Below, one piece after another: positions 36,695-47,201 of a stretch of DNA of 64,000 bases. A model generated the notes under the pieces. The model searched no databases. It saw only the letters and a program-made list of their open reading frames with translations, and was not told the DNA's origin. The translations under genes and the position numbers were made by a program. This DNA is from Glycera tridactyla. Its lineage: Eukaryota. Each line of letters begins with the position of its first letter. Positions within the stretch are counted from its first letter, which is position 1. Location of the stretch: assembly GCA_965644265.1 (NCBI GenBank), contig OZ286461.1, positions 36,270,001-36,334,000 on the forward strand, given 5' to 3'.

Positions 36695-39336
36695 TCGTTA
36701 GAAATCATACTCATGCCACTGTAACAGCTCACAATTCAAGCAGGTATGATTCATATTTTCTACTGAAAGAGATGTTATCTATGAAGATCAAGGTTACCAA
36801 TATCATTGTCAATGCCGGTCAGATCCTATTCTTTAAGGTGAACTCTCCATACAGTAATCGTTTTGTAGACTCAGCCAGATTTTTACCAGTGAGTTTAGCT
36901 AAACTCACCGGAATGTTCCATATGAGAGGAGATGGAGACGTAAGCGAGTCCATTTCCAAAGGCTTCTTCCCTCATTTATTCAACACCACAGAAAGGATAA
37001 ATGATAACTATGTAGGTGTCATACCCCCCAAGTCTGACTTTATGCTTGAAAACATGACCCCAGATCAAAGGTCCAAGTTTGAGACATGGTATCAGGAGAG
37101 AGTGAGCGAGGACTATGTATTTGATTTGAAGAAGGAGTTGATCAGATATTGTATAAATGATGTTACGATTCTCCGAAAGGCAGTTATGCAGTTTGATGAA
37201 ATCATATATAGTCTAGCAGATATCCATCCATTCAGGGACTGTTTCACATTAGCCTCTCTCGCAATGAGAATATATAGGAAGAAACACCTGACTGAAGTAT
37301 ATGATGTGAAGCTCGAGCGTAAGCACGATGGCCAAGTGATTGGAAGTGAGGCTTTGGTAAGAGACGGTGTCACCAAGGTACAAATTGATAATTGCATTCA
37401 GGTAGTAGACAATTCATTTGGTTACAGGATTCTCTCCAAGTTCTTTAAGACTTCTTTCGTAGGTGTGTCTCCTCCAAACGGTTATAGATATAGTATAAAG
37501 GCATTCAGTAAAAAGGCAGTTGCATGGCTAGAATATCTGTCGCAGACTCGTAACATCAATATACTTCATGCTTCCAATTTTCAGGAAATAATGATCAGAA
37601 AACCAGACGGTTCTGTCATGCATGTAGATGGTTATCACCCAGGTCAAAGCACTCCTCTCATCAATCAAATTGTTGAGCATGTACCGGTAGATGCAATAGT
37701 ATTTCTATACCATGGATGTTTGTATCATGGGTGTATTCAATGCTATCCTGAGAATAGAGAAAGAATCCTGTTCAAAGCATCCGGTCGAAGCTATCAAGAG
37801 TGTTATGTCAAGACCATCAAAGATCAAGAACTCCTATCTTCGATGGGAGTAAAAGTAGAGATAATGTGGGAGCACGATCACGATGCTCTGATTCTCACAG
37901 ACTCTCTTGCTAAAGACCTTCATCATAACGTTCATTTCGAGCCCCCACTGAATCCTAGAGGGGCTTTTTTTGGCGGGAGAGTGGAAAATATAAGACTCAC
38001 GTGGAACAAGGGGGAAAATGGTAAGATACTATCATATTATGACTTTTGTTCATTATATCCATGGGCAATGAAATATAGACCTATGCCATTATTCAATCCC
38101 ACTGTTATAACAAAGGACTTCACACGTATTGAAGACTATTTCGGACTAGCTAAGGTTCTGGTTGTTCCACCAAAAAAGCTGTTCTATCCAGTGTTACCTT
38201 ATAGAGCACGTGGTAAGCTCGTGTTTACTCTATGTGCAAATTGTGCTCATAACAATAATCAAAAAGACTCTTGCATATGCTCAGAAAAAGAAAGAACTCT
38301 GAAAGGAGTCTACGTCACAGAGGAGCTGAAATTAGCGGTTGAGAACGGGTATCGTATTTCCAAGTATTTTGAAGTATATCATTATGAGCATAATTCGGAT
38401 AACTATCATGATCTATTCCGCGATCGCAATTCAAATATATTCGAGGACTATATCAACCAGTTCTTGAAGATCAAGACAGAAAGTTCAGGCTATCCAACAG
38501 AGTGTGAAAGTGACGAGGATTGCAGAAAATACATTAACGATTACTATTTGAAGGAGGGCATCCATTTAGATCCGAATAACATTGAAAATAACCCCTCCAA
38601 ACGTGCAATTGCGAAGCTTATGTTAAATGCGTTGTTCGGCAAATACGCCCAACGTATACATAGAAAACAGACTAAATTCATCACATCTGACTATCCACAA
38701 GAGTTATTGAACATTCTCTCAGATAGCAAGATTGAAATAAGTGATTTCAATATCATTTCCAGTGATATATTGTCACTGGAATACACTGAAACAAAGGATT
38801 GCATGAAATCACCCGCAGTGAACAATGTTGTGATCGCGGCTTTCATTACAGCATATGGAAGAATGAAGCTGTATGAAGCATTGAAAAAGACACAGGAAAG
38901 CTGTCTATATATGGATACAGATTCAGTAGTATTTGAGCACGATCCGAAAAAATGTGTCCTTCCTCTTGGTAAGTTCCTAGGCGATCTCACATCCGAGATT
39001 CCAGACAAGGAACATATCAATGAATTTGTGAGCACGGGTCCCAAGAGCTACTCGTATGTTCTATCAAATGGGGTAAAGATTCTCAAGTATAAAGGATTCT
39101 CACTTAACTCAAGAGCAGAATCTATTCTCAACATCGGATCAATGAAGGGTCTACTTAGAACCCATGATGAAAGGGGAGTTAGTGCAAACTCAATCAGTGT
39201 CCCAAACACTCTCATTAGACGTCACAAAAAGAATTTATCCATCACCACCTCCTTTGATAAAATGAAAGACTATACATTCACAGTGGATAAGAGGAGAGTG
39301 CTCTCAGACTTCTCAACATTACCATTCGGCTATTGA
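36631..39336 (+). CDS. polB: Protein-primed family B DNA polymerase, main segment, with an inserted Vsr-like nuclease domain
   Basis: HNSSRYD (Exo II), YCINDV (Exo III), YYDFCSLYP (motif A), KLMLNALFGK (motif B), YMDTDS (motif C), C-terminal DKRRV...TLPFGY. The insert carries VDGY and HGCLYHGC. Confidence 0.97.
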   Translation: MRKEKGYIPRTQCVTHFCDWLIVRNHTHATVTAHNSSRYDSYFLLKEMLSMKIKVTNIIVNAGQILFFKVNSPYSNRFVDSARFLPVSLAKLTGMFHMRGDGDVSESISKGFFPHLFNTTERINDNYVGVIPPKSDFMLENMTPDQRSKFETWYQERVSEDYVFDLKKELIRYCINDVTILRKAVMQFDEIIYSLADIHPFRDCFTLASLAMRIYRKKHLTEVYDVKLERKHDGQVIGSEALVRDGVTKVQIDNCIQVVDNSFGYRILSKFFKTSFVGVSPPNGYRYSIKAFSKKAVAWLEYLSQTRNINILHASNFQEIMIRKPDGSVMHVDGYHPGQSTPLINQIVEHVPVDAIVFLYHGCLYHGCIQCYPENRERILFKASGRSYQECYVKTIKDQELLSSMGVKVEIMWEHDHDALILTDSLAKDLHHNVHFEPPLNPRGAFFGGRVENIRLTWNKGENGKILSYYDFCSLYPWAMKYRPMPLFNPTVITKDFTRIEDYFGLAKVLVVPPKKLFYPVLPYRARGKLVFTLCANCAHNNNQKDSCICSEKERTLKGVYVTEELKLAVENGYRISKYFEVYHYEHNSDNYHDLFRDRNSNIFEDYINQFLKIKTESSGYPTECESDEDCRKYINDYYLKEGIHLDPNNIENNPSKRAIAKLMLNALFGKYAQRIHRKQTKFITSDYPQELLNILSDSKIEISDFNIISSDILSLEYTETKDCMKSPAVNNVVIAAFITAYGRMKLYEALKKTQESCLYMDTDSVVFEHDPKKCVLPLGKFLGDLTSEIPDKEHINEFVSTGPKSYSYVLSNGVKILKYKGFSLNSRAESILNIGSMKGLLRTHDERGVSANSISVPNTLIRRHKKNLSITTSFDKMKDYTFTVDKRRVLSDFSTLPFGY

Positions 39337-39448
39337 GTTTAGAAAGCCAGCAAGTTTATATGTCAACTTGTTAGTAAATATAGAGACGTCTCGCCATAGC
39401 TCACTGATTCCATATAGTATATCCATAGTGTATGAGTATTTCATACTG

Positions 39449-39604
39449 CACTCGAACCTATAAAGACCGCTTTCTATCGCAACAAAAAGTGGTCTTTATA
39501 GGCAGGTGATCTTTATAGAGAGGTCATCTACTGTTGAAAATACTACCATGGTCTATCTCAGGGTGGTCTTTAGAGAGAGGTGGTCTTTAGAACAGCTTCG
39601 ACTG
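39449..39604. mobile_element. Host MITE (12900 family) inserted into the Polinton downstream of pol
   Basis: CACTCGAACC...AAAGACCGC...AAAAAGTGGTCTTTATAGG...TTCGACTG|TA, sharing blocks with 12900-13135. Confidence 0.75.
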
Positions 39605-40068
39605 TATATATATATATATAGCACTCCTTTCATCTCACTATTGAACTACTTCGTATCACAGTTGATGTCTCAATATAGCACATCAACAGTGTGTTTCACA
39701 GATGAAGCATACTGCAATGTTATACAGCTTCACACTCTAGCTCATGATGATGATATGTTGAAATGCTTGATATGTTCTGTAGACATCTCAATATAGCCAT
39801 TGATAATCTCATGAAGGTCTTCGTAATACGCCATTGTATATTACATGTATTGATGGTGTATTGATTTTTTGTTTTATATTGTTCGTTACACACATGTAAT
39901 TCACAATAAATATATGTTTATATTTGAAATGTTGGACTTTGTTATGTATATCTGGACTGATCATACAGATAAGATAGGTTGAGACAATGTCTTTTTAGTA
40001 GATTCATCAAAGAGCTGATCTCAATAAAGGCCACTTCCACAAACCCTGAACATGAGAGGATGGATCAC

Positions 40069-43000
40069 TCAGTCAAATAGTCATTTGAACATGTGAATAA
40101 ATACCTTCCAAGTGAGACCACCTCCAATGTGAAACCGCTTTTAACTTCATGTCCATACGTAAAACAAGATGAGGAACAATCTGCTTGGGTTGGATTCATG
40201 ATGGAACTGACGGTTTCTTCACAAATAGTCGCCAAAGTGAGCATTCGAGATGTTTGTGAATCTACTTGAGCCATGAGAACTGATGGTTTCTTCACCTCCG
40301 ATGCGAGACCGCTTTTAACTTCATATCAATANNNNNNNNNNNNNNNNNNNNNNNNNNNNNNNNNNNNNNNNNNNNNNNNNNNNNNNNNNNNNNNNNNNNN
40401 NNNNNNNNNNNNNNNNNNNNNNNNNNNNNNNNNNNNNNNNNNNNNNNNNNNNNNNNNNNNNNNNNNNNNNNNNNNNNNNNNNNNNNNNNNNNNNNNNNNN
40501 NNNNNNNNNNNNNNNNNNNNNNNNNNNNNNNNNNNNNNNNNNNNNNNNNNNNNNNNNNNNNNNNNNNNNNNNNNNNNNNNNNNNNNNNNNNNNNNNNNNN
40601 NNNNNNNNNNNNNNNNNNNNNNNNNNNNNNNNNNNNNNNNNNNNNACCACCTCCATTGTGAGACCACTTTTGACTTCATGTCTATACGTAAAACAAGACG
40701 ATGAACACGCTGATGGGGTCGGATTTGTGATAGAAGTGACGGTTTCTTCACAAAGTGAACATTCCAATATGTGAATAAATACCTGTCTGTGTGAGACCAC
40801 CTCCAATGTGAGACCGCTTTTGGCTTCATGTCTATACGTAAAACAAGATGATGAACACGCTGATGGGGTCGGATTTGTGATAGAAGTGACGGTTTCTTCA
40901 CAAAGTGAACATTCCAACATGTGAATAAATACCTGTCTGTGTGAGATCACCTCCAATGTGAGACCGCTTTTGGCTCCATGTCTATACGTAAAACAAGATG
41001 ATGAACACGCTGATGGGGTCGGATTTGTGATAGAAGTGACGGTTTCTTCACAAAGTGAACATTCCAACATGTGAATAAATACCTGTCTGTGTGAGATCAC
41101 CTCCAATTTGAGACCGCTTTTGGCTTCATGTCTATACGTAAAACAAGATGATGAACACGCTGATGGGGTCGGATTTGTGATAGAACTGAAGGTTTCTTCA
41201 CAAATAGTCGCCAAAGTGAGCACTAGATAGGAATGTGTATCTACTCGAGCCGCATATTTGACTTTATCTAGCCTACTTATTCTAGCCGAGCACAGGTTCG
41301 AATCCACTCGGATATTTCCGTTAAGACAGGAGTAGATACACATTCCTATCTAATGCTCACTTTGATGGCTATTTGTGGAGAAACCGTCAGTTCTATCACG
41401 AATCCGACTTGATCAGCGTATTCAGCATCATGTTTTACGTTTAGATATGAAGTTTGATGACTATAATCGTTAAAGCGGTCTCACATTGGAGGTGGTCTCG
41501 AGAGGTATTTATTCGCATATTAGACTGTATCAAACCGACTGTACGATCGGCTACATTCGACTACTTCGAGTCGAGCACAGGTTCGGACAGACTCGGCTAT
41601 TTCCGTTACTGCTCGAGTAGATACACAAATGTGGAATGCTCACTTTGGCGACTATTCATGAAGAAACCGTCAGTTCTATCACAAATCCGACCCCAGCAGC
41701 GTGTTCATCGTCTTGTTTTACGTATAGACATGAAGTTTGAAGACTATAATCATCAAAGTGGTCTCACATTGGAGGTGGTCTCGAGAGCTATTTATACGTA
41801 TATTTGACTGTATCTAGCCTACTTATTCTAGCCGAGCACAAGTTTGGATACACTCGGCTATCTCCGTCACGACACGAGTAGATATACATTCCTATCGAAT
41901 GCTGACTTTGATGACAATTTGTGAAGAGACCGTCAGTTCTATCACAAATCCAACCCCAGCAGCGTGTTCATCGTCTTGTTTTACGTATAGACACGAAGTT
42001 TGGAGACTATATTCATCAAAGCGGTCTCACATTGGAGGTGGTCTCGAGAGGTATTTATACGTATATTTGACTGTATCAAGCCGAGGGCAGGTTCGGGTAC
42101 ACTCGGCTCTGGTGACACAGTAACCTGCTACGAGTGTGAGTCTTGGGCAGGGGTAGATCCGGGGAGGGTGATGTGTGTTGCCCAGCAGCAGCAGCTGCAT
42201 CGTGACAGCATGCATATCTCCTCAAGCCGTGACGGAAATAACCGATCCTGCACTCGGCTTGCATACAGTCAAATATGTGGATAAATATCTCCCGAGACCA
42301 CCTCCAATGTGAGACCACTTTCAGCGAATATAGTCATCAAACTTCGTATCTATACGTAAAACATGACGCTGAATACGCTGATCAAGTCGGATTCGTGATA
42401 GAACTGACGGTTTCTTCACAAATAGTCGCCAAAGTGAGCACTAGATAGGAATGTGTATCTACTCGAGCCGTGACGAAAATAGCCGAGTGAATCCGAACCT
42501 GCACTCGGCCTGAAATAGTCGAGTGTAGCCGATCGTGCGTTCGGTTTGCTACAGTCGAATATGCGAATAAATACCTCTAGAGACCACCTCCAATGTGAGA
42601 CCGCTTTTAGTGAATATCGTCGTCAAACTTCGTATCTATACGTAAAACAAGACGATGAACATGCTGATGGGGTCGGATTTGTGATAGAAGTGACGGTTTC
42701 TTCACAAATAGTCATCAAAGTGAGCATTCGATAGGAATGTGTATCTACTCGAGCTGTGACGGAAATAGCCGAGTGTACCCGATCCTGTGTACAAGTAGAT
42801 ACACAAACGTGGAATGCTCACTTTGAAGACTATTTGTGAAGCAATCGTCAGTTCTATCACGAATCCGGCCCCATCAGTGTATTCATCGTCTTGTTTACGT
42901 AGAGATAAGAAGTTAAAAGCGGTCTCACATTGGAGGTGGTCTCACTGAGAGAGGTATTTATTCACATCTTCGAATGCCTATTCGTGAAGAAACCGTCAGT

Positions 43001-43602
43001 TCTATCGCGAATCCGACTCGACCAGCGAATTCACCAGCTTGTTTTACGTATAGATACGAAGCCAAAATCGGTCTCACATTGGAGGTGGTCTCAGTTAGAG
43101 AGGTATTTATTCACATGTTCGAATAACTATTTGTGGAGAAACCGTCAGTCCTATCGCGAATCTTGTTTTACGTACAGATATGAAATTAAAAGCGGTCTCG
43201 CATTGGAGGTGGTCTCTCTTGGAATGTATTTATTTGACTGACTGACTGACTGACTGACTGACTGACTGACTGACTGACTGACTTATTCACATGTTCAAAT
43301 GACTATTTGTGAAGAATCCTACTTGACCAGCGTATTCACCATCTTGTTTTACATACAGATATCAAGCCAAAAGCGGTCTCAAATTGGAGGTGGTCTCACT
43401 TGAAAGGTGAAGAAACCGTCAGTTCCATCATGAATCCAACCCGAGCAGATTGTTCCTCATCTTGTTTTACGTATGGACATGAAGTTAAAAGCGGTTTCAC
43501 ATTGGAGGTGGTCTCACTTGGAAGGTATTTATTCACATGTTCAAATGACTATTTGACTGACTATTTGACTGACTGACTGACTGACTGACTGACTGACTGA
43601 CT
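40069..43602. repeat. Nested inverted (fold-back) array of ~150-bp units with (GACT)n tracts
   Basis: 40069-40222 is the reverse complement of 43407-43560 (one mismatch seen). Exact 150-bp period at 40681/40831/40981/41131. Unit orientation flips near 41290, 42160 and 42770. Confidence 0.9.
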
Positions 43603-43650
43603 CCCTGTCGGCCGACTTCGTCTATGTCCTTCGGTAATTATGAAACCCGA

Positions 43651-43675
43651 CGAGCCCGCCCGGAGGGCGGGCTCG
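43651..43675. other. Perfect GC-rich hairpin (11-bp stem, 3-nt loop)
   Basis: CGAGCCCGCCC-GGA-GGGCGGGCTCG. Confidence 0.85.
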
Positions 43676-43759
43676 GCGGCAGAGGAGGGCGGGCTGGCGG
43701 GCCGGCGCTCCCCCGCCCCCCCTCCAGGGAAAACACAAACACGTAGATCATATATTTTT

Positions 43760-43771
43760 CTTTATTTATTA
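43760..43771 (-). terminator. Polyadenylation signals for the capsid transcript
   Basis: Overlapping AATAAA motifs on the minus strand, about 45 nt after the MCP stop. Confidence 0.6.
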
Positions 43772-43811
43772 TCGAGTAAATACATGTCGATTACAGCGTA
43801 AATACGGTCAG

Positions 43812-45149
43812 TTACGATGCCGGAAACACGTTCCTGCCTTCGTCGATCGACATGACGGCGGGAAACATGGCGTACAGGACGACGACGATGCTTTCCGTCA
43901 GGTTCGACGCGAAGCGCAGGGTCAGTCTAGTGGTGCCCGTCTGGCGTTGCTGCGTGAACTCGTTCTGAAGCATGTGCGGCATGATGTCGAAGACGATGAA
44001 ACAATAGCCGTTCTTGTACTCGTCTCTCCCGATCATCGGGAATTGCCCGGTTTGCTCATTTTTTGCGTGAGCCAGCGTCGAATAGGCTTCCAGATATCGG
44101 TCGTTTTCGAAATCCGTGTTGATCGGTCTGTTCGGCACGCTCTGTCCGTTCACCTCGAAAGAAATCGAGGAGAGCTCGAAATGCTTGAACACGAACGGGT
44201 TCTTGTTGTAGGCGCCGTTGAAGTTCGCTTGGGGTACCATGCCCACGATCAATCTCGTTGGCGTCCTGCCGTTGAACGGGTTGTCGTACTGGTCGCCGCT
44301 GGTTCCGTCTTTGATGATCCACGTCTTGGTATCGCATCTCGTGTAGGGATACATGGCGGGTCGGACCGCCAGCGCTTCGCCGTGAGCCAGAAATACGGAC
44401 GGCGAAACGTTCAGCATGGGCACCCTGACGAAGGCGTTGGTGATCTCGACCTTGTAGTTCCCGGTCGCGCTACTGCAGATCAGTCTGAAGGCGTCCGTGC
44501 TCTGGCGGAATTTCAGTTGGAGTTGACACGCGTTCAACAGATATCGTCCGCACTTGAACAGGTCCAGGTGGATGCGACCGATCAGCTCGATTTCGGTCGA
44601 CTCGCTCGTCCTCTCGGCTCGTTTTGCCAGCGCGACATTGACGTTGGTGGCGCTCGAGAGCTCCGCTGCGGTGCGTTTCGGAACGGCATCGTCCAACGTT
44701 CCCGCCTCCTCTTTGTCGAACATGCCCATGCTCAGCGGTGCGATGGTTTCCGAGGCGTTGGCGTTCAGTAGAACGTCCATCATGGACTTGTAGGGATAAT
44801 TCGACTGACATTCCACCATCTTTTGCGAAATGTAGCATTCGACGGCGCCGAAGAGGGACGAGATCGGCATGTTCGCCAGTGCCACCCCGTCCGTCGACTC
44901 GAGATCGCTACCGTCGCTCTTGACCTTCAGATGCAGGTTCATGCGTTCCAAATCGATGTACATGCGCTGGTTTCCCGTGATGCTGAACTCCAGCGGCGAA
45001 TAGCTGTTTATGGCCGCCACCGGACCGTAGTCGACGTGATTTCGCGACTCGATCGAGACCTCTCGCGGCGGGAGGTTGAACAGTGCCATGGACGACACGT
45101 ATCCCCAATCTCGGTCCGTGGAGTCGGGCGGGCTCTCGGACGTGTCCAT
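43812..45149 (-). CDS. Major capsid protein (double jelly-roll), 445 aa
   Basis: LFNLPPREVSIE, NYPYKSMMDVLL, ELIGRIHLDLF...RYLLN, FNGRTPTRLIVGMV, NPFVFKHF and LTLRFASNL match Polinton MCP blocks. Confidence 0.95.
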   Translation of the reverse strand: MDTSESPPDSTDRDWGYVSSMALFNLPPREVSIESRNHVDYGPVAAINSYSPLEFSITGNQRMYIDLERMNLHLKVKSDGSDLESTDGVALANMPISSLFGAVECYISQKMVECQSNYPYKSMMDVLLNANASETIAPLSMGMFDKEEAGTLDDAVPKRTAAELSSATNVNVALAKRAERTSESTEIELIGRIHLDLFKCGRYLLNACQLQLKFRQSTDAFRLICSSATGNYKVEITNAFVRVPMLNVSPSVFLAHGEALAVRPAMYPYTRCDTKTWIIKDGTSGDQYDNPFNGRTPTRLIVGMVPQANFNGAYNKNPFVFKHFELSSISFEVNGQSVPNRPINTDFENDRYLEAYSTLAHAKNEQTGQFPMIGRDEYKNGYCFIVFDIMPHMLQNEFTQQRQTGTTRLTLRFASNLTESIVVVLYAMFPAVMSIDEGRNVFPAS

Positions 45150-45158
45150 GATTTTTTT

Positions 45159-45452
45159 CTAAAATGCTTCTCGTAGCGAGCCTTTTTTCGACGAACGTTT
45201 GACTGCGGTTCGGGGTCTCTTCGCGCGCTTCTTATGCCTTTTGACGCCGGCGGACGACGGTCGTTTCACCCCCAATAGCGATTGCGATTGTTCCACCGCG
45301 GCTTGAGCGGGAGATATGGCGACCAGCGATTTCACAGTCGTCGTGGGTTTTACCGGTTTGCTCTCGCGAAGAAGTTTGAAGGACTTGGTGTAGGGTACCC
45401 GACCGCGAGCCATTTGCACAAAGTGTTCCTTGACCTTCGCGTGCTCAGCCAT
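45159..45452 (-). CDS. Small basic core-like protein, 97 aa
   Basis: HFVQMARG, ISPAQAAVEQ and a Lys/Arg-rich tail; packed between the penton and MCP genes. Confidence 0.75.
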   Translation of the reverse strand: MAEHAKVKEHFVQMARGRVPYTKSFKLLRESKPVKPTTTVKSLVAISPAQAAVEQSQSLLGVKRPSSAGVKRHKKRAKRPRTAVKRSSKKGSLREAF

Positions 45453-45915
45453 CCTTCTTCAGAATCAGTTTCAGATAGCAGAAACGTCGAATGCACGGCG
45501 AGTTCGAGTGCGTGGGTTGATCGAGATCCCGGTTGACGAACCGCACTTTGATACGATCCACGTAATTCTTCACGACTCTGACGTAATGATCTTCGGGAAA
45601 GTCGATTTGGTAGTTCTTATAGACTTTGCTCGTGGTTCTCATCGGAAGATCGCTCGGTATCAGGAGGGTGAGCAGCGGGAGTTGCGCGTTTCCGACCTGC
45701 GTCTCTTCTATAAAGTCGCACAGCACCAGTAGCGGTAATCGGAGGCTCTTGACGGACTTGTTTGCCGGAAACAGGTACGAGAAGTACGCGCTGGCGATTC
45801 GACATTTCCAGCTGCCGTCCAAAAACAAAGGTTGCGGTAAGACGTACGTAAACTCGGACAGCTCTTCTCCGTCGTCACTCCCGGAAATACCCGGTACAAT
45901 CACAATCTGATCCAT
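45445..45915 (-). CDS. Minor capsid (penton) protein, only 156 aa
   Basis: FTYVLPQPLFLDGSWK, LLVLCDFIEETQVGNAQLPLL and YVRVVKNYVDRIKV match the two conserved halves of Polinton pentons. Confidence 0.85.
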   Translation of the reverse strand: MDQIVIVPGISGSDDGEELSEFTYVLPQPLFLDGSWKCRIASAYFSYLFPANKSVKSLRLPLLVLCDFIEETQVGNAQLPLLTLLIPSDLPMRTTSKVYKNYQIDFPEDHYVRVVKNYVDRIKVRFVNRDLDQPTHSNSPCIRRFCYLKLILKKDG

Positions 45916-46102
45916 GGGCTAGTGCGTGTTCCAGTCTTTTGACTCTGGCGCGAAAGCGGATGGAATCGAGAAGCTGCGAGCTAATGTCTCTCGCGTCTCT
46001 AGCCTCGTGCGGGTACTCTTCCAGATATCTGAATTCGACGAAATGATCGAAAGCCACTTTCAACTGTGTGGAACGTGTGTGACCTCCTTCGCGTCTATCC
46101 AT
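45875..46102 (-). CDS. Possible 75-aa hypothetical protein bridging integrase and penton
   Basis: Fills the only gap longer than 100 nt in an otherwise tightly packed operon; amphipathic pattern; no recognised motif. Confidence 0.3.
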   Translation of the reverse strand: MDRREGGHTRSTQLKVAFDHFVEFRYLEEYPHEARDARDISSQLLDSIRFRARVKRLEHALAHGSDCDCTGYFRE

Positions 46103-47199
46103 GAGTTGAACTTGTTGTGGAAGCCTTTCCACTTGACGTACACCTGGTCTCTTCCATCTAGCACGCGTCTCTTGATGATCTTCTCTATGTCGTATAGTCG
46201 ATCCGCGTCCGCCGTGTCACGCACTGCCTGTAGTTCGCTTTCGTAGAAACTACCTTGCAACCGCTCGCCGTCTTGATCTCTTATGAAGTACACGGACATG
46301 TCTTGCCTCTTTATGACCGAGTCTACGTAGTAGATTTCTCTGGTCCATCTCTCCGCGTACTCTCCGTACATTTTCTCGCGTCGCTTGGTGATTCTGACCG
46401 ATTGACCCACACCGTATCTCGGCTTCTTGTTGACGTAGCTCGCATAATTCCTGGGCTTCCGTTTTTCGCGACTGACGTATTGTGCGTATCTGACTTCGTG
46501 TTCGTTGTCGGCGTTCACTTCGTTCGGCGTACAACCGATGGAGGTGTGATTGGTGTCGTTGTATCCTCGAACGAAATCCTGTAGCTTGTCTACGTAACGC
46601 TCTGTGCGGTTCTCCTTCATGTATTTTTTAATGCGCTTCTTGAGCGATCTCCACACTCTTTCGATGAATGCGCATTGCGCCGTGCCGTGAGAGAAGTAGT
46701 GACCTACGTCCTTCGATTTCAAGTACTGCGAAAACTTGCTGTTGGTGAACTCGCTGCCCATGTCTGTCCTCAGACTGTTGCATTTCGCTCCCGCCTCTTT
46801 CAACACCGAGTCGAACGCCTCTATCACGTTGTCGGCCGTCTTTGTTCGGAGCGGTCTCACGTACAGCTTTTTACTGAATATGCAAATTACACCCAATAGG
46901 TATCCGGTGTTGGAATTCCGTTTTCGCAACTTCTGATAATCGCACAGATCCGCTTCCCATATGTCGTTTATCCCGTTGGATATGACGTTCGACTTTGGGA
47001 ACTTGAACCGCGTCTCCTTGTTCAGCGTATAACTGTCCCGGGACTGTAACCACGTTTTCACGTCGTTCAGCGTCATCTCGAACTTGGTGTTTTTTCTCAC
47101 GGCTTTGTACACCTTGTCCGGCGATTGAAAACTACCGGCGGAGCGCGGATCGCTATAGTGTCTTTCGAGATATTCTTCGCCCTTTTTTGTTAGGACCAT
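46060..47199 (-). CDS. Retroviral-type (rve) integrase with C-terminal chromodomain, 379 aa
   Basis: YSDPRSAGSF, WEADL (D), LRTDMGSEF (D), FIERVWRSLK (E). Chromodomain YDIEKII...VYVKWKGFHNKFNSWI. Confidence 0.97.
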   Translation of the reverse strand: MVLTKKGEEYLERHYSDPRSAGSFQSPDKVYKAVRKNTKFEMTLNDVKTWLQSRDSYTLNKETRFKFPKSNVISNGINDIWEADLCDYQKLRKRNSNTGYLLGVICIFSKKLYVRPLRTKTADNVIEAFDSVLKEAGAKCNSLRTDMGSEFTNSKFSQYLKSKDVGHYFSHGTAQCAFIERVWRSLKKRIKKYMKENRTERYVDKLQDFVRGYNDTNHTSIGCTPNEVNADNEHEVRYAQYVSREKRKPRNYASYVNKKPRYGVGQSVRITKRREKMYGEYAERWTREIYYVDSVIKRQDMSVYFIRDQDGERLQGSFYESELQAVRDTADADRLYDIEKIIKRRVLDGRDQVYVKWKGFHNKFNSWIDAKEVTHVPHS

Positions 47200-47201
47200 C
47201 G

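Noticed and set aside
40321-41343. 340-aa Cys-rich repeat ORF
   Set aside because: A consequence of the 150-bp (50-codon) tandem unit plus an N-run; other copies of the unit have indels and stops.
45916-46062. Readthrough fusion integrase-linker-penton (same frame, TGA then TAG)
   Set aside because: The chromodomain ends naturally at the TGA, a shared frame has a 1-in-3 chance, and two stops would need suppressing.
43947-46936. Plus-strand and alternate-frame ORFs over MCP, penton and integrase
   Set aside because: Shadow ORFs typical of GC-rich coding sequence.
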